This document shows positions 49,853 to 62,441 of a DNA stretch of 64,000 nucleotides, piece by piece. Position numbers and translations under genes: made by a program. The DNA comes from Eledone cirrhosa. Its lineage: Eukaryota. The notes below the pieces were generated by a model. That model did not search any database. It had not been told where the DNA came from and saw only the letters and a program-made list of their open reading frames with translations. The first letter of the stretch is position 1, and the number at the start of each line of letters is the position of its first letter. The DNA lies in contig OZ024743.1 of the NCBI GenBank assembly GCA_964016885.1, positions 212,350,001 through 212,414,000 on the forward strand. Reading direction: 5' to 3'.

Positions 49853-52673
49853 CTTCATCCAAGAAATTTCACTAAAGTTTGAGTCTTTCTAGCAAATACT
49901 GACAAATTTCCCACTGGTTCGCTTTTTGCTCCCAAGACAAGTGTTTGGGTATTAGTTTAGCACCAATTTTTTGTATAGGTACTAGTTTCCCATAAAATTT
50001 AATTCCTGCATTGCAAATGTAACAGACGTTATAAGCACGTCTGTACATTAACAGTAATAACTCACGATTGACTCAATTGAAATTGTTGAAACAAGGAGAT
50101 ATGTGCATCAATGAGGTGCTGCTTTACCATGTCGTACATAGGAAAACCTTGTTTGATATTATAGATACACGAGGTCTCAAATACAGCATCATTTTCATAC
50201 CACCCATGAGCCTTGACTTTCTCAAGTATTATTTTATCTTAGTCATCTTTGGTTCACCTCTATCTAAACAGCCCAATGCTGTCACTCTGTGTGTGTGTAT
50301 AGGGGAGGGGGACTTGCTCCTCAATATATTGCTGAACTGCTTTGTGAGGTGTTTGAGATCAAATCAAGGGAGTAATGGACTCCTCATGAAAACAAGAACG
50401 AGAATGAAAGCTGTGGTAATTGGGCTTTCTGTTAAGTCACCTTCAGCTCACTGGAATGAGGATCCTTCGTCTATACGTATTGCATAATTTGTATCGGTTT
50501 TCAGATCAAAGCTGAAGACTTATATTTTTAGGAAATATCAATAGTGAACTGCCTTCAAATACTTATGATTATCTAAACTATAATAAAGTAAGGAGTGCGG
50601 GACTGCGTTCAGAATATATTTTTTTGTCCCGTTTGTAAAATAAGTTGGATTACTTTCAATAAATAATGAATGAATATTACATAATTTCGTTATTCTTGAT
50701 TAAATATAAATAATTTGGTGGATTATTTTAAGATTCACTTCTTTAAAATTTTCAAATGTCAACACTTCCGGTCAGAGATCGCATAAATAAACATTCATAT
50801 ATTTCCGTCGCTAATTTTCTCCTAATGCAGTTTATATATAATATCGTCTTTTTTTTAATGTATCATGGATTACGTTACTGATTACATAAAACAATGTAAC
50901 GCAGTCTTCGTTCAATTTCTGTGTATATTGTCAATTACGATTTTATTTGATGTATCATATCTACATGTATATATACTTGCATAATATCAATATACACACT
51001 ACACTTGCCAGCAGAAAACCACCCTTCGAGTGGTTTTTCTGCTAGTATGTATAAATAAATGGAAGATTAGGGCGCCTATAAAATTCTTTCATTTTTATGG
51101 TGCCATGTAAGTACATATGGTTATGGCTCTTTATGTTCAGAGTTCAAATCATGCTGAGGTTAGCTTTGCTTTTCATCCTTATGGCGTCTATAAAATAAAG
51201 TATCAGTAACATGCTGGAGTTCATTTAATTGCCGTTCCCCTCCCCTTCAAATTGCAGGCCTTGTGCCAAAAGTAGAAACAATTATTATCATTATTCAGTA
51301 GAGCATCGGACAACATGCTTTGTGGCATATAGTTACTGCCCTTTACGTCCTGAGTTCCCTACAGAGTCGATAAAATAAGGTACTAGTGGAGTCGATTTAA
51401 TCGACTTTCCCCTCCCCCAATATTGTTGGCCTTGTACCTAAATCAAAAATCAATATTATATGTGTGTGTTTCAGAAGTTCACTTCAGAATCATGTGGTTG
51501 GTATCTTCTACTACAACATTGTGAGTGAATTTGGGAAATGGTAACCTCAAGGATATTCATCATGTGTGTCAGTTACCGAAAATGCCATATCAATACTATA
51601 AAAACAGTGACATTATTTATGCCCCCCCCCCCCCCCCCATTAACAATATACCTTTCAGCATAGCAGTCCAGCAAATGTGATTGGTATATATCAGAGGTAT
51701 CAAACTCAAGGACTCAAAGAGGCCATCATGTGCTCAAGAAGAGGCACAGGAGGCCAAACCTGAGATGGGGGGGGGGGGGGGAGCGTTATCATCAGTTATA
51801 ATGCTAATCTACATTACAGCTGATATTTATGAATACACATATGATAGTAATTGGGATATGTGAATTAGTACAAAATGTAGAGGGGCAAAGTTTCCTTTGT
51901 TTAGCCGCAAGCCCATAGAAAAATAGTTTGTGGGTCACATGCTGGCCATGTATTTGAGACCCCTGGTTTATATCATATTTAAAATATAAGATATGGGTTG
52001 ATATTAGGAAGGGTTTCTGGTTGTACAAAAGCTGCCTGAAAATGTCTCATTCCAAAACGGTGATAATGTAGTCACTACACCAGCTAAAAATAGTTTGCCA
52101 TATATGTGAACAATCCCATTAATGATAAAAAGTAGTGTATAATTATGTAACTATAAAATAAATTGTTTCTAACCTGATGCATATCCCATCTTAAATGATA
52201 GTGATATTGATGTATGCTTTCTGTAGATAAGTTAGGAAAAGAAAGCCAACAACGTTTCTGGTTGTTCCAAACCCACTGTAGGGGCTTCAGACTATCATTT
52301 GACCTGGCTTCAATATTACAATACAATCCAGTTGTTCACAATGCTTTCAACCATACATGAGAAGGTTTCCAACATAATAACAAAATTTCTTTTCAAAGCG
52401 ATGCTTCAAAACAAATCAGGTTTAAAAAATTCTAACATTTAGCTATAGATTAAAACATGTTTTGAAAATTTTTCTGTTAGCAAATGATGTTAAGAGATAT
52501 ATAAATGGTGTAACCATTGCTATGTGGTTAAGAAACTTTCTTTGCAACCACGTACTCCCAGGTTTGATTCCACTATGCAGCAGTTGGAGCAAGTGTCATA
52601 TATCAGAAGCTTCAAATAACCAAAGCCTTTTTAGTAAAATTTGGTAGATGTCAGATGTATATATATATATATA

Positions 52674-53605
52674 TGGGTGACAAAATCAGCAGTGGGGGAG
52701 GGTGCTCTGAAAGTACAGTAGCTAGAGTCAGAACTGGGTGGAAAAAGTTCAGAGAGCTTATACCACTATTAGCCGCTAAAGGGTTCTCCCTAAAAATGAA
52801 AGGCAGGCTGTACGATGCCTGCATACGAACAGCAATGTTGCATGGCAGTGAGACCTGGGCATTGTGTGCAGAGGATATACGCAGACTAGAGAGAAACGAA
52901 GCTTGCATGCTCCGCTGGATGTGTAATAGTAATATACGTGAACGACAAAGCATAAACGAACTAAGGAAAAAATTAGAAATAAGAGGGATCAGATGTTGTT
53001 TACTAGAGAGAAGGCTACGTTGGTATGGTCACGTGATGCGCATGAAGGACGATAGCTGTATAACAAAGTGCAGGGCAATAAAGATAGACGGTAGCCACAG
53101 AATAGGCAGACCCAGAAAAACCTGGGACGAGCTGATAAACTCCGACCTCACACACTTACACCTCACCAAGACAATGTCACTGGACCGAGACCTTTGGCGG
53201 TACTCAGTAATAGAGAAGACCCGCGTTACCTAAATACAAAGTAAAACCTACTACAGTCAGTAGGCATCTCTAACAAAATACACCCCCGTCCCACCACCCC
53301 CACCCCATCCACACCGCCCCCTTCTATGTAAAGTTATGTTGGTGCCACACCATCCAGGCCGAAACAAATGAGATCGTGTAGGTGTCACGACAAAAAAACA
53401 CACAGTCCACGCTGTAATGTGGCCGTGTAGGCAACACGGTAAAAACCTCCCAGACCCACACTGTAAATGTGGTTGGTGTTAGGAAGGGCATCCAACTGTA
53501 GAAAACCTGCCAGACAGTCCTATGCGAGCAAGACAATCACTCTTGCCTCAAGTGGGAAAACCCCCGTCCAAACCCATGCAAGCGTGGAACACGGACGTTA
53601 AACGT

Positions 53606-53639
<34 letters not shown>
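52674..53639 (+). mobile_element. RTE subfamily C 3' fragment
   Basis: Starts TGGGTGACAAAATC after (TA)n; full 3' UTR and (GAT)n. Confidence 0.93.
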
Positions 53640-53945
53640 ACAGTAGTATTCGCGGGGGTTATGTTACTAGAGCACCCGCGAAGAGCAAAAAACCGCAAAT
53701 ATTCGACGTGGTCCATAAAATGCCTATAAACATCAAAATATAATAAAAAAAGAGAAAGCGTCTTATGTGAGGGGTGTCCAATAGGCCGGCAAATACACTA
53801 TATTGATATTAATAATATATATTGCCATGAAAAAAATCACGGAAGATATTTATGACTCCGCGAATATGTGGTGGTTTTCACAAACAATAATTAGGTTCTA
53901 AGGAAAATTCAGTGAATGACGGGGTACACTGTGTGTGTATATATA

Positions 53946-54873
53946 TGGGTGACAAAATCAGCAGTGGGGGAGGGTGCTCCGAAAGTACAGTAGCTAGAGT
54001 CAGAACTGGATGGAAAAAGTTCAGAGAGCTTATACCACTATTAGCCGCTAAAGGGTTCTGCCTAAAAGTGAAAGGCAGGTTGTATGATGCCTGCATACGA
54101 ACAGCAATGTTGCATGGCAGTGAGACCTGGGCATTGTGTGCAGAGGATATACGCAGACTAGAGAGGAACGAAGCTTGCATGCTCCGCTGGATGTGTAATA
54201 GTAATATACGCGAACAGCAAAGCATAAACGAACTAAGGAAAAAATTAGAAATAAGAGGGATCAGATGTTGTTTACTCGAGAGAAGGCTACGTTGGTATGG
54301 TCACGTGATGCGCATGAAAGACGACAGCTGTATAACAAAGTGCAGGGCAATACAGATAGATGGTAGCCACGGAGTAGGCAGACCCAGAAAAACCTGGGTC
54401 GAGCTGATAAATTCCGACCTCACACACTTACACCTCTCCAAGACAATGTCACTGGACCGAGACCTTTGGCGGTACTCAGTAACAGAGAAGACCCGCGTTA
54501 CCTAAATACAAAGTAAAACCTACTACAGTCAGTAGGCATCTCTAACAAAATACACCCCCGTCCCACCACCCCCACCCCATCCACACCGCCCCTTTCAATG
54601 TAAAGTTATGTTGGTGCCGCGCCATAGGCCGAAACAAATGAGATTGTGTAGGTGTCACGACAAAAAAACACACAGTTCACGCTGTAATGTGTCCGTGTAG
54701 GCAACACGGTAAAAACCTCCCAGCCCCACACTGTAAATGTGGTTGGTGTTAGGAAGGGCATCCAACTGTAGAAAACCCGCCAGACAGTCCTATGCGAGCA
54801 AGACAACCACTCTTGCCTCAAGTGGGAAAACTCCCGTCCAAACCCATGCAAGCGTGGAACACGGACGTTAAAC

Positions 54874-54909
<36 letters not shown>
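53946..54909 (+). mobile_element. RTE subfamily C 3' fragment with the same 5' breakpoint as 52674
   Basis: Starts TGGGTGACAAAATC after (TA)n; ends (GAT)n(TA)n. Confidence 0.93.
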
Positions 54910-54956
<47 letters not shown>

Positions 54957-57900
54957 CATGGCTTTAACTAAGCATTAAACAAAAATATCTTATAATATTT
55001 AGTTCTGAGTTATAACCCTTTACATCAAGATTGCCTTGATTTTTGTTGATCTTCCAAGATCAATAAAATAACTACCAAATAAAGTTTTGGTGTTGATGTA
55101 ATAGTGTCCCAGTATAGCCACAGTCCAATTACTGAAAATAATATATTTCACATGTGCATGGATAATGATTGCTGTATGAAGAAGCATCTGGAAATCCCAG
55201 TGGAGGGAAGTTGCAGTAGAGATAGACCAAGGAAGACCTGGGTAGAGGTGGTGAGAAGCCATCTCAAATCTCTGAAACCCACAGAGGAAATGATGAAGGA
55301 ACGCGGCAAATGGAGAGATGCTATGCTGAAAAGGACCCATCCAACCCATGCAAGCATAGAAAAACGAACGTAAAAACAGTGAATATGAAGGTGATGATTT
55401 TCTATGTTTGTGTGGTGCATTAGTTGGAGAAATTATTTCATCTTGAAGTTGCTGTTTAGTTCTAAGTCTGCTTCATTTGAGCAGACATGTGATCAAAAGA
55501 TTCCAAATGTAACTAGATATAGTGTACTCTGAACTACACTATTCAACATGTATTTCTGGTGGTGTGATTTAAAGGAGGTTTGAGAGCTCTTTCTGGCAGT
55601 CAGGCAAACTGGAGCAGAGTTAGGTATTTTGTTCAGCAGGACCAGAACACTGTGACAGTAGTAATATTTGAGCTTGCCAAAAGTGATGTTAATAATTCAG
55701 TCTATTTGTCCAACAGCCATGCAGTTTTTTACTGGTTTCAGTCACTGGATTATGGCTATGCTAAAATATTCATTTTACCGAATGGTTACGTTAACCAGAG
55801 TAATGTTTACTTTTAGAGAGTTATCTTCTTTTACACACTTAAATACAAAATGATTGCACAACACACACATATTATCATCATCATCATCAACTAATGTCCA
55901 TTTCCCCTGCTAGCACGAATTGGATGAGTTGTCATAGATATGTCAGTACTTAATGAGTGTCACTGAACTCTCAGGTGGGCCAGAGCTACAACTCGCTGAT
56001 ATATATCTATTTCTGCACTTTACAGAGTGCACCAGGTGCATTTTATTGTTGCACCAGCACTAAGGAGGTTGGCATGTCTTTGAAATAACTGAAGAGTCCT
56101 TTCAACCATTTGGTTGGCAAGTTTTCTATTGAGATAACCTTCCTGATGCCTGTCACTTTACAGATTGTAATGGGTGCATTTTTTATGGCACCAGCACTAG
56201 GGAGGCTGTTGGTTATTGACATAAATGAAGAGCCCTCTCTTTACTTTATGGGGTGGTGTATTTATGTGCATGAGATGAGCTTCTGCACATTTCTACCAAA
56301 TTTAAATCACAAGGCATTGATCAACCTAAGGCTATAGAAGAAGACACTAACCTACATAGTTGTGAAGTGAACTTCTTAAACACATAGCCATGCGTATGCC
56401 TACCATATATTGGGGAATTCGTCATTGTGAATAAAAGTTACTTAAGTGCCATCTTTTATTCTTTACATAAATTATACAAAGAGTAACAATTTGTAGAAAG
56501 AAACTAATCAGAGGTAAAAAAAAAAAAGAAAACAAAAAATACAAGAACATGCGCACACAATAACACGCCACAACAGGGAGCATTGGCATGTCCCTCTTAT
56601 AATTGTTTAGCCAAGTGAAGACACTCACGGCATTACTACAGTTGATAATGAGGCTAAGGCACAGGAATAACCAAGCAACCCCAAAAATATCACCTGAAAC
56701 AAAATACTTATTTTGTGAGTTTAGTCCTATAGTGGGACAACTCCCATCTAACCAATGCTAGCATAGAAAATGGACGTTAAACGAAGATGATGATGATGAT
56801 GATGTCATCAGGACTTTTTCCATTCATGATTCTTTTGGATCAAATCAATTTTTTCACAACCTGAATGAGGTGCTATTAATGTATAGAATGGTTCTTTGTA
56901 TTCTTTGTAAAAACCAAGAAGTGTCTTATATGAAGGAGCATCCACTAGATCAGCAAATATGGTACTCCTGCTCATGAAAACACCATATTTGCTGCCCACA
57001 TTGATTCCAACTCTATATGTATCCCACAACACCTAAAACTCCCTCTCTTTTCCACCTGTTTCACCACTATATAAATACTGTGACCAAGTGCAAATACCCC
57101 TCCAATCACTCTCCCCCAACAGGGAGACCAGCCCTTGTAGTGTTCTTCCCATTACCTTTAAATAGCACCTTTCAGAGATAGGTTTTATGCTTGCTAAAGT
57201 CTTTATCTTCCTCTCTTTTGACTGTTGGGCTCCACCCCATACAATCTGCTCAATTCCCAAGAAAGATAACTCCGCCCTGTGACAACTACCAATCTATGAA
57301 CTTTATTTCCAGCATCTTAAAAGTTATATAGGCAACAACTTCATTTACCATTTAGTTTCTCTTCATTTTGAGTGACCTCCAGATCTGCTGGAGATTTGTT
57401 CTACAGCACAGCTCACTAACAGCTATCCTCAACACCCCCCTCACTGCACACATCCTATGCCCTCTTCCCCCACATGCTCCCAGTTGCTGCCCCTTTGTAA
57501 AGTGGTTTGTGATGGGAAGAGCATCTAGCCCTGGAGGGCTTGCCAAACAAGGGTTTGGAGGACCCTTCAGGTGCATCAAGGCATGACAGCCTTCATAGTG
57601 TTTGTGTCAAAGACAACCTCCCCTGTGCACTTAGTAGAACATGAAACCATTCATAAACGAGACAACATATCCCTGGCTTGTCTGGGAGATTAGTATCTAC
57701 CACTTCAGTACTGATTTGGTCTACGTAGATCAATTAATCCATGCTAGCAGGGAAAGCGAACATTAAAACAATTATGATGATAACATATATATAATAAGTG
57801 CGCCAAGCAGTTGAAGTGTATGGTAAAATTATATTTGTATCTATACAACGTGGGTAACCGAGACTGCACCAAAGTGTAGATAAATATATACATTTTTAAT

Positions 57901-58201
57901 ATATAGACATGTAAGCATGCCAGAAATACGGATTTCCTTGTAAATTGAAAAAATGATAAATAACACTTTCATTGATTTTGGGAGCTAGTTGTATAATCAT
58001 CAGATGGTATGTTTATCATCTAAACAACCACAAGGAAACACGCATTTGATGGGCTTAAGTACCCATTCGCTCATAGTAGTATTCTGAAAGGGATGCACAT
58101 AATTAGCGTTGTGTTGGTAGTTAAGACATATATTAAGAAGTGTGTCAAGCAACCAAAGTGTACAATAAAGTTATATCTGTATATATAGAGTGGAAAAAAG
58201 A

Positions 58202-58345
58202 GTCTGGCTATTAGATAATAAAGGAGTCCCACATAAGATTACTTGCAAGGTACTTGAAATGTCCAGACCTTATACCAACAGTACCAAGAGGTGTTATCTC
58301 TGCATCAATGAAACATTTTGGATAATAATTTGAACTCTAAGAATA
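58202..58345 (+). mobile_element. Penelope-like element GIY-YIG C-terminal fragment
   Basis: Translates VWLLDNKGVPHKITCKVLEMSRPYTNSTKRCYLCINETFWII..LNSKN, matching the PLE pattern PY...KRCxLC..E..II..LN. Confidence 0.7.
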
Positions 58346-61134
58346 GGACTCTGGTTGCACTCTGAGTGAAATGTGGGCCCTCAGCCAGTTTGAGAGGTCA
58401 GTATCTCCAATTAAGTACTTACTGATTTGGCCAGTTATGGACTGTCTAACCTTTGTTAAAAGGGAGAATGGACATTGAATGATGATGAAGATGGTGGTGG
58501 TGGTGGATCTCTATTAAGGTGGTGGATCTCTATTACTGTCACCGTGCCAGCAATGAAATCATATCCGCTCTCTTGCTCTGGAACCCTGACTCCAGCCTGA
58601 CTAGGAGTAGAAAGCTGTCATTCCCTGACGTTATCTCTAGGGATACGGGAATCAGTAGACAGGACCTGGGGGCAGCGATGGGGGACAGGGAATTCTGGAG
58701 CATGAGAGTGAGATCCATCATCTCGACAGTAGTCGACGAATGATGATGATGATGATTAAGGATCATAGATATGATCTGCCAATGAAATTAAATGACAAAC
58801 CTGGTCTCTTGAATTACAAGTACAGTCCATTTGACAGGGTTTTATACAGTTTCCATCCCACCAGTTTCACACATGATGCTACGGTACATGACATTTGCCC
58901 AACATGCCACGCATGTTGTGAAGCAAACTTAACTATTTGGACATGCTGCATCCACAAATATATGGGTAGTTTTTGGCAGTTTCTACAGTACAAATGGTAT
59001 GTTAAATATCCAGGTGCCGAGACCAGATAAGAAAGAAGTAGAGAGGTAATGATGGTTTCTGATTTAGACAAAAGGCCAATAATTTTAGGGGAGGGGAAAG
59101 TTGATTAAATCACCCCCAGTGCATTACTCGTACTTTATCTTATTGACCCCTAAAGGATGAAAGGCAAAGCTAACCTCAGAATGTATAAATGATAGAAAGG
59201 AAGGAAAAACAAGAAAGAAGAGAATCTGAATATTACCTGATAATATTAATTAGCCTCAATATATTTCAGATAAGATAACTATTTTATAGGGATATGAAAC
59301 ACTATGAAGGTTCAACAGTACTCTCTGAAGTTCATAACAGACTAGTAAATATTAGCAGGGTGACATCCAAATTCTTTCGCTTCTCATTTTTCTTCCCCTT
59401 CTACCATTTATTTTCACTTTTCTCCTACATCCAACCTTGTTACCTCACTATTTACAACCCCGTTTTTATTGTCTGGCTTGCAAAACCTACACATATTTCA
59501 TATTTAATAATACTTGAAGCAAACTATATTCTCATATATTTGTGCATTGCCAGAGTGGGAGAAGGCCCGAGAATCTACACTACTAAAATACCCCAATGGC
59601 TTGATTCTCATATAGACTCATACAACCAAGGCCCACCACAGGAGAGGTTGTTATGTCTGACACAACTGAAGGTCCTCTCGACCCTTTTCTTTAGCAACCA
59701 CTTTACAGCGTGTACAGGGTGCCTTTATCGTGTAGATAATCAATATTAGGGAGGCTGTCATGTCCTTGGCACGACTGAAAAAGTCCTCCCGACCCTTATA
59801 TATATATATACTCTTGGGTCTCGAATAATTTTCAGACATCCACACCCCCACCGGCTTATTAAATTTGCTAATCTCCGGCAAAATTTTATTTTAAGGGTAG
59901 CATTTCTGCAACAATTAATTTTCTTTATACATTAAAATACATTGCACATGATAAGAAAAGTACATTACTCGAAATACTATACGTTATATAATAAACAGGA
60001 TGGGTTGGAGGGGCTCAATATGTAAACTAAACGACTAATTCTGATTTAAAAAAAACAAAACAATGGAAACAACCTAGAAAAACACACTCGCCTATTATTT
60101 GGGACCCAAAAGTATGCTTTAAATATAGCTGATTACGATGTTTATGTTTAGGTTTATAAAACAAAAGATATATTAAAATGTTGAATAAGTAAATGTTTAT
60201 ATAAGGTATTAGGAGCCAGTCAAGAACCGAACTCATGTTTAGTGTTTTTCCCCCACTTGATTTCTGTTTTTTCCCTTTCACTTTATACGTGTGTGTGTGT
60301 GTGCGTATGGCTGTATATATATATATATGTGTGCGTGTGTGTGTGTATTAGATAGAGAGAGAGACGGGGCCTGAGGGCTGAGCTCTCTGTTAAAACAGCA
60401 GGGCCGTCAGGCCCCTACTCTCTCTAATATAGTCTCACTCTACCATCCCAAGTATCGAGTATTCTGCTGAATAATGGTTTTACTAGTTTAAAACTTGTAA
60501 AATCCTAATATATATATATATATATATATATAAATATGATTTACTGGAAAATTGGAGGGATTTGGAAGTGGGAGTGGCACCAAAATGCTAAAGTCCAGTC
60601 CTTTGCTTCAAATTGTTAATACATAAAATAGTGAATGTGAATAGAAGCGCTCGTGTGTACAAGAAATGTTGAATTATATCAACATAAATATTGGTGATGT
60701 CACGAGAGAGAGAGAGAGACTATGAGAATCATTGAGTGGCAAACATTTGAGATGTCATTTACAACTTTTCAAAATTCTTTAAAGAAAAATGGTACACAAG
60801 TTAATGATAAAAATTAAAAAATCCCTAAACGTCACATACACACATATATATACATAAACATACACACACACATATATATATATACACACACTCATATCTT
60901 TGGTATGTATATAGTGTTAGATCGAAGCTGATCATTCATTTCGTCGCTATTCTAAGTTTTTCAGTATGTGCGATCCTTGAGGCGGCGAATATAAGATTAC
61001 CTTCTCGTCATCTGGAGTATTACAGTGAGAAACTGGATAGCAACAATATGAATCATCAGCTTTGAACGAATAAATTCTATTACATATACTCAGTGTTATT
61101 GTGTGTGTATACATACACAAACACACACGCATAT

Positions 61135-61215
61135 ACAGGGTGTCCACCACAAAACGTATTTATACTTCAGCAGCATTCTAATAAATATGTGTATACATTT
61201 TTCGGAGACACCCTG
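61135..61215. mobile_element. Tiny Tc1/mariner-type MITE
   Basis: TA-CAGGGTGTC ... GACACCCTG-TA. Confidence 0.7.
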
Positions 61216-61387
61216 TATATGTCTTATATATATATATATGAGATCTCCAGTCTGGAATTTGTTGTCGAAACGGCAAGATCTGAGTCGTCGGGTGCTGATT
61301 CTTTAATATATTTACATTCTATTATCCCAAGTATCGAGTACTCTGTTGAATAATAGTCATAATAGTTTAAAACTGGTATAATCCTAT

Positions 61388-61429
<42 letters not shown>

Positions 61430-61580
61430 GAGGTTATAATTTGTTGGGATTCAACAAGCTTAAACATTTGTTATAACTGATATAAAGCACTCAACAGTTT
61501 AGTGGAGTAAATACACAATATATATATATATATATGTTACAAATAAAAAAATAACCTTGATAATCAATTTTGAAAATATG

Positions 61581-61660
<80 letters not shown>

Positions 61661-61793
61661 TCTAAATATCAGGAATGCATTTTAAGAAACGGAAAGTAAA
61701 AAAAAAATGATATCCCTAATTTACTATTATTTATATAAATGTTATAACACAGAGACAATCTTATTTTAAGAAAAATTAATGAATCGAACTTAC

Positions 61794-61808
61794 TTTCTGG
61801 AAGGACAT
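61794..61808 (-). CDS. STARD3: Candidate STARD3 first-exon coding part (MSFQK)
   Basis: ATG TCC TTC CAG AAA|GTAAGT, phase 0, joins in frame to VYVGGLRILH-MNDED at 40516; adjacent to the UBXN4 promoter. Tentative. Confidence 0.35.
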
Positions 61809-61849
61809 GTCAAATACTGTAGTATTATTCGATCAATTCAACTAAGAAA

Positions 61850-62359
61850 ACGTCCTGCCTTAAGCAAATTACCATTACCCATTGTTTAAGAAAGGGTAAG
61901 AGGAAATAGACTAACAATAATAATGAAGCTTATCAGGCCGTCTTCAACATTTCTTACTTGGCTGTAACCATTGACCTAACAGGTGATAGCAAAGGAATTA
62001 CTTCCGCCAGGTCAAACCAGCTATACTAACACTTACAATAACAATAACAACATTCATTTCCTGTTAAATCCGTACCGAATATATAAAATCTACCGAAAAA
62101 TATTAATATGAATTATATATATGCTTCTAGCAATTTATGGTTTATCTTGAATAACTCATTAGAAATATATATATAATTTTCTATGAATAGATTGTTTTCC
62201 TTATAAATAAATGTAATTTATGTGTTTTTTCTGCTTGTCATCTATATGTAATAGATTTGCTGCTGTCTAGTTCATGTCCGCTTCTATTTTGATGTCAACA
62301 ACGTAATCGTTTTCTTAAGATTAGTTGACTTTTTCGTCAATTACTGGAGAATATTCACC
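61850..62359. promoter_or_regulatory. Putative bidirectional promoter STARD3/UBXN4
   Basis: TE-free interval between divergent exons; ETS-like ACTTCCG (~62000) and ATTTCCTG (~62056); minus-strand GTAAG donors at 61793, 61957 and 62036. Confidence 0.5.
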
Positions 62360-62441
62360 ATGTTGTGGTCCGAAGATTCGATAGCGAAAGCGATACAAGT
62401 ATCAAAAAATAGAAAATGTATCTTCCTGGTCTATGTATTCG
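62360..62441 (+). CDS. UBXN4: UBX domain-containing protein 4 (erasin), first coding exon (MLWSEDSIAKAIQVSKNRKCIFLVYVF-G)
   Basis: CACCATG Kozak context, G|GTATGT donor; aligns with human MLWFQGAIPAAIATAKRSGAVFVVFVAG. Confidence 0.85.

Larger units (their letters stand above)
48689..51010. repeat. Long inverted repeat, arms ~48689-49140 and ~50565-51010, spacer ~1.4 kb
   Basis: Colinear reverse-complement blocks, e.g. CAGTAACGTAATCCATGATACATTAAAAAAAAGACGATATTATATATAAA, ACCGGAAGTGTTGACATTTGA and GCAGTCCCGCACTCCTT. Confidence 0.9.

Noticed and set aside
53280-53325. C-rich tracts (G-quadruplex potential on the minus strand)
   Set aside because: Part of the RTE-C 3' UTR present in every copy; no locus-specific evidence.
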